Source: Deltaproteobacteria bacterium
GTDB taxonomy: Bacteria > Desulfobacterota > GWC2-55-46 > UBA9637 > GWC2-42-11
Direction: 5' to 3'
NCBI GenBank assembly: GCA_016234925.1
Contig: JACRNI010000024.1
Location: forward strand, 6,555 to 70,554
DNA length: 64,000 nt
The notes under the pieces were generated by a model, which was not told where the DNA came from, did no database searches, and saw only the letters and a list, made by a program, of their open reading frames with translations. Below are positions 61,255-64,000 of the stretch, in pieces. Both the position numbers and the translations under genes were made by a program. Each line of letters begins with the position of its first letter. Position 1 is the stretch's first letter.

Positions 61255-61572
61255 ATGGACATTGAGATTTATTTAAAAGAGGCTATAAAAAGAATTATAA
61301 GCGAGTTTAATCCATATAAAATAATTCTCTTTGGCTCTTACGCTTATGGGACGCCGACCAAGGACAGCGATATTGACCTGATGGTTGTAATGGATACTGA
61401 TATGAAACCCTATGAAAGATCGCTTCCCATCAGAAAAACCCTGAAATATCTTGGGATGCCAAAGGATGTTATTGTAAGGACCCCGCAGGAGTTTGAGAGA
61501 TTTAAGGATATTGTTGGAACTATAATTTATACCGCTGCTCATAAAGGAAAGGTGATCTATGAAAAGCGATAA
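61255..61572 (+). CDS. nucleotidyltransferase (MNT-type antitoxin)
   Basis: 'LFGSYAYGTPTKDSDIDLMVV'. Confidence 0.75.
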   Translation: MDIEIYLKEAIKRIISEFNPYKIILFGSYAYGTPTKDSDIDLMVVMDTDMKPYERSLPIRKTLKYLGMPKDVIVRTPQEFERFKDIVGTIIYTAAHKGKVIYEKR

Positions 61573-61963
61573 GATAAATGCAGTAAACGCATGGCTCAAA
61601 AAAGCTGAAAACGATATCAGAACCGCTGAATATATTATGACTATGGATGATCCGCCTTATGATACCGTTTGTTTTCATGCTCAGCAATGCGCCGAAAAGT
61701 ATATTAAAGGCTTTTTTACATTTCATGAGATAGATTTTCCTAAAACGCATTCCATTGAAGACCTTGTTTTATTATGTAAGGATATTGCGCCATCCCTTGA
61801 ATCAGAGATTGGAGATGTTGAGGTTTTATCAATTTATGCGGTTGAGACAAGATACCCTTCTGAAATGTACTATGAAATCCCTAAAGAAAAGGCAAGCGAA
61901 GCCATAGAATTTGCAAAAAAGGTTAAATCTGTTATTTTAAAGTATCTTGAAGATAAAATCTAA
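61559..61963 (+). CDS. HEPN-domain protein (toxin partner of MNT)
   Basis: HEPN-like helices '[14 protein letters not shown]'; overlaps the MNT gene. Confidence 0.7.
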   Translation: MKSDKINAVNAWLKKAENDIRTAEYIMTMDDPPYDTVCFHAQQCAEKYIKGFFTFHEIDFPKTHSIEDLVLLCKDIAPSLESEIGDVEVLSIYAVETRYPSEMYYEIPKEKASEAIEFAKKVKSVILKYLEDKI

Positions 61964-61965
61964 CC

Positions 61966-62940
61966 ATGCTTACCTATCTATTTAAAAAACTCCTTGAAAT
62001 GCTCCCAACCCTTATAGGGATTACTTTGCTCTCGTTTTTTATAATCCATCTTGCGCCCGGAAAGCCCACAGATATTATGGCTGATTTGAATCCAAAGATT
62101 ACGCCTGAGGCAAGGGAAAGGCTTGAGAAATATTACGGACTTGATAAACCTGTAATTGTCCAGTACGGCATATGGCTCAAAAGGATTGTCAAACTTGATT
62201 TTGGAGAGTCATTCTCTGCTGATAAAAGGCCTGTGTGGGATAAAATCAAAGAGAGGCTGCCGATAACAATACTCATAAATTCACTTTCACTGGTTTTGAT
62301 ACTTTTGATTGCAATCCCAATAGGCGTCTCATCTGCAACGCATCAGTATTCTTTATATGACAGGTTCACAACAGTTTTTGTATTTCTGGGTTTTGCAATC
62401 CCAACATTCTGGCTTGCGCTTTTGCTCATGATTTTATTCGGCGTAAATCTTGGCTGGCTTCCTATTTCAGGCATAAAGTCTTTGGATTACGAGGGTCTTT
62501 CATTTATCAGCAAAATCTGGGATAGAGTCAGCCATTTGATACTCCCGATTTTTCTTGAGGCATTCGGCGGTCTTGCAGGACTTTCCAGATATATGCGTTC
62601 AAACATGCTTGAGGTGGTAAGGCAGGATTACATAACAACAGCAAGGGCAAAGGGTCTGCCAGAATCAAAGGTCATTTACAAACATGCCTTGCGGAATGCG
62701 CTGCTGCCAATCATCACAATACTTGGTCTTTCTGTTCCGGGACTTATTGGCGGAAGCGTTATATTTGAGACAATATTTTCAATCCCAGGCATGGGACAGT
62801 TATTTTATACAGGCGTTATAACAAGGGATTATCCTTTGATAATGGGGATTCTGACAATAGGCGCAATATTGACTTTAGCAGGTAATTTATTGGCAGATAT
62901 TGGGTATGCGATAGCAGACCCCCGCATAAGAACAAGGTAA
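61966..62940 (+). CDS. ABC transporter permease (OppB/DppB-like)
   Basis: '[24 protein letters not shown]'; 6 TM. Confidence 0.85.
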   Translation: MLTYLFKKLLEMLPTLIGITLLSFFIIHLAPGKPTDIMADLNPKITPEARERLEKYYGLDKPVIVQYGIWLKRIVKLDFGESFSADKRPVWDKIKERLPITILINSLSLVLILLIAIPIGVSSATHQYSLYDRFTTVFVFLGFAIPTFWLALLLMILFGVNLGWLPISGIKSLDYEGLSFISKIWDRVSHLILPIFLEAFGGLAGLSRYMRSNMLEVVRQDYITTARAKGLPESKVIYKHALRNALLPIITILGLSVPGLIGGSVIFETIFSIPGMGQLFYTGVITRDYPLIMGILTIGAILTLAGNLLADIGYAIADPRIRTR

Positions 62941-63014
62941 GGACAAGATAGTTGACGCTGAAAAACGCCCATCTGCTGTGTTGTCGCTGCGGCTTCTTCG
63001 CTCAACATACAAGC

Positions 63015-63063
63015 GTAGAAACAGGTCTTTAGACCTGTTATTTAACTAAAGCCATGTTTCTAC
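63015..63063. repeat. REP/BIME-like element, family E (inverted copy)
   Basis: Followed by a 40-nt motif, 'ccttgcatctg.gc.atttttgagc.tcaactt', also found at 38727..38775. Confidence 0.65.
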
Positions 63064-63103
63064 AGCCTTGCATCTGTGCGATTTTTGAGCATCAACTTTA
63101 CTT

Positions 63104-63970
63104 TTGAATTTTATAATGGAAATGAAAACTCAAAACTTAAGGAGTCTTTTCTGGCACAGGTTTAAGAAGAATAAACTTGCTGTATCAGGCGGGATTATTG
63201 TCTTCAGCCTCTTTATCATTGCCGTATTTGCGCCGTTTATTGCGCCGCATGACCCTAATGCAATTAATGTCCAGCATATTTTAGAGCCGCCAAATCTAAA
63301 CCATCCATTTGGAACAGATGATTTGGGAAGGGATGTTTTCAGCCGCGTCATATACGGCTCGCGAATATCGCTGACTGTGGGATTTGTTGCAGTAGGGATT
63401 GCAACTATAATCGGGATTTTTCTAGGCGCGGTGTCAGGCTATTACAGCGGCTTGATGGACAGCGTCATAATGCGGTTTGTGGACATAATGCTTTCAGTGC
63501 CGACATTCTTTTTAATCCTTGCTGTGATTGCATTTCTTGAGCCGAGCATACTAAATATAATGATTGTTATCGGACTTACATCATGGATGGGTGTTGCAAG
63601 GCTTGTAAGGGCGGAATTTTTAAGTTTAAGGGAAAGGGAATTTGTCCTTGCTGCAAGGGGGCTTGGCGCAAGCGATATGAGAATCATATTCAGACACATT
63701 TTGCCGAATGCAATGTCGCCTGTTTTAGTCTCAAGCGTGTTGGGCATTGCAGGCGCTGTTCTTGTTGAATCAGCATTAAGTTTCTTAGGCATCGGGGTCC
63801 AGCCTCCAACACCAAGTTGGGGGAATATTTTGACAATAGGCAAGGACAACATTGAAATTGCGTGGTGGTTGTCGGTTTTTCCGGGTCTTGCAATACTTGT
63901 AACAGTTCTTGGCTATAATCTTTTAGGCGAAGGCATAAGGGATGCGATAGACCCGAGATTAAAAATATAG
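63104..63970 (+). CDS. ABC transporter permease (OppC/DppC-like)
   Basis: 'FGTDDLGRDVFSRVIYGSRISL'; 6 TM. Confidence 0.85.
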   Translation: MNFIMEMKTQNLRSLFWHRFKKNKLAVSGGIIVFSLFIIAVFAPFIAPHDPNAINVQHILEPPNLNHPFGTDDLGRDVFSRVIYGSRISLTVGFVAVGIATIIGIFLGAVSGYYSGLMDSVIMRFVDIMLSVPTFFLILAVIAFLEPSILNIMIVIGLTSWMGVARLVRAEFLSLREREFVLAARGLGASDMRIIFRHILPNAMSPVLVSSVLGIAGAVLVESALSFLGIGVQPPTPSWGNILTIGKDNIEIAWWLSVFPGLAILVTVLGYNLLGEGIRDAIDPRLKI

Positions 63971-64000
63971 TCAAATTCTTATATGCAGACCTTTTTCCTT

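Overview
This is a 64 kb window of low-GC bacterial chromosome. Taxonomic guess (inference only): a Nitrospirota/Thermodesulfovibrio-like anaerobe, based on many sigma-54 regulators, multiheme cytochromes, a type IV pilus and LptFG. Coding density is high and mostly + strand.

Gene content, in order:
- Two sensor histidine kinase / sigma-54 response regulator pairs (9..2629 and 39552..42466).
- A heptaheme cytochrome c facing a cytochrome b/c fusion, and a tRNA-Gln(CUG).
- metK, then a disrupted ahcY.
- A 762-aa protein (9638..11926) with an N-terminal N6-adenine methyltransferase-like fold carrying a degenerate SAM motif and a C-terminal HEPN-like 'LRNKWKGHGG' motif, followed by hicAB.
- An rpoH-like sigma factor, ald, rplU-rpmA-obg.
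- A glycosylation-like cluster (16843..28629): a GtrB/DPM1-like GT2, a DUF2304 protein, three TMTC/PMT-like GT-C membrane proteins (two with C-terminal TPR fusions, one split from its TPR partner), and standalone TPR proteins, with ubiC/ubiA/ubiD interleaved.
- leuC-DUF1858-leuD-(Pur-alpha-like)-leuB-asd-truA, then pyk.
- A type IV pilus module: pilD, a PilS/PilR-like pair, mazEF, a sigma-54 promoter, a FimT/GspH-like pilin, a PilV-like pilin, a giant 1486-aa PilW-like pilin with Fn3-like repeats, a PIN gene, and a PilX-like gene.
- lptFG, a frameshifted glgP, a CheY-like receiver, a frameshifted ppc, an Opp/Dpp-type ABC system, and an HEPN/MNT toxin-antitoxin pair.

Two features stand out:
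1. At least nine families of small structured repeats. Four share a REP/BIME-like GTAG...hairpins...CTAC architecture. One GGGTTCAAG/GGGTCAAGG family is inserted in-frame into coding sequence: both TMTC paralogs twice each, ppc and pilR. A separate G-rich palindrome family sits in-frame in truA and forms the N-terminal leader of the PilX-like gene.
2. Several housekeeping genes carry internal deletions or frameshifts: ahcY, asd, glgP, ppc and an RCC1-like gene.

The best candidates for undescribed biology are the MTase-like/HEPN-like protein with hicAB, the DPM1+TMTC-like putative protein O-glycosylation cluster, the giant pilin, and the repeat superfamily.
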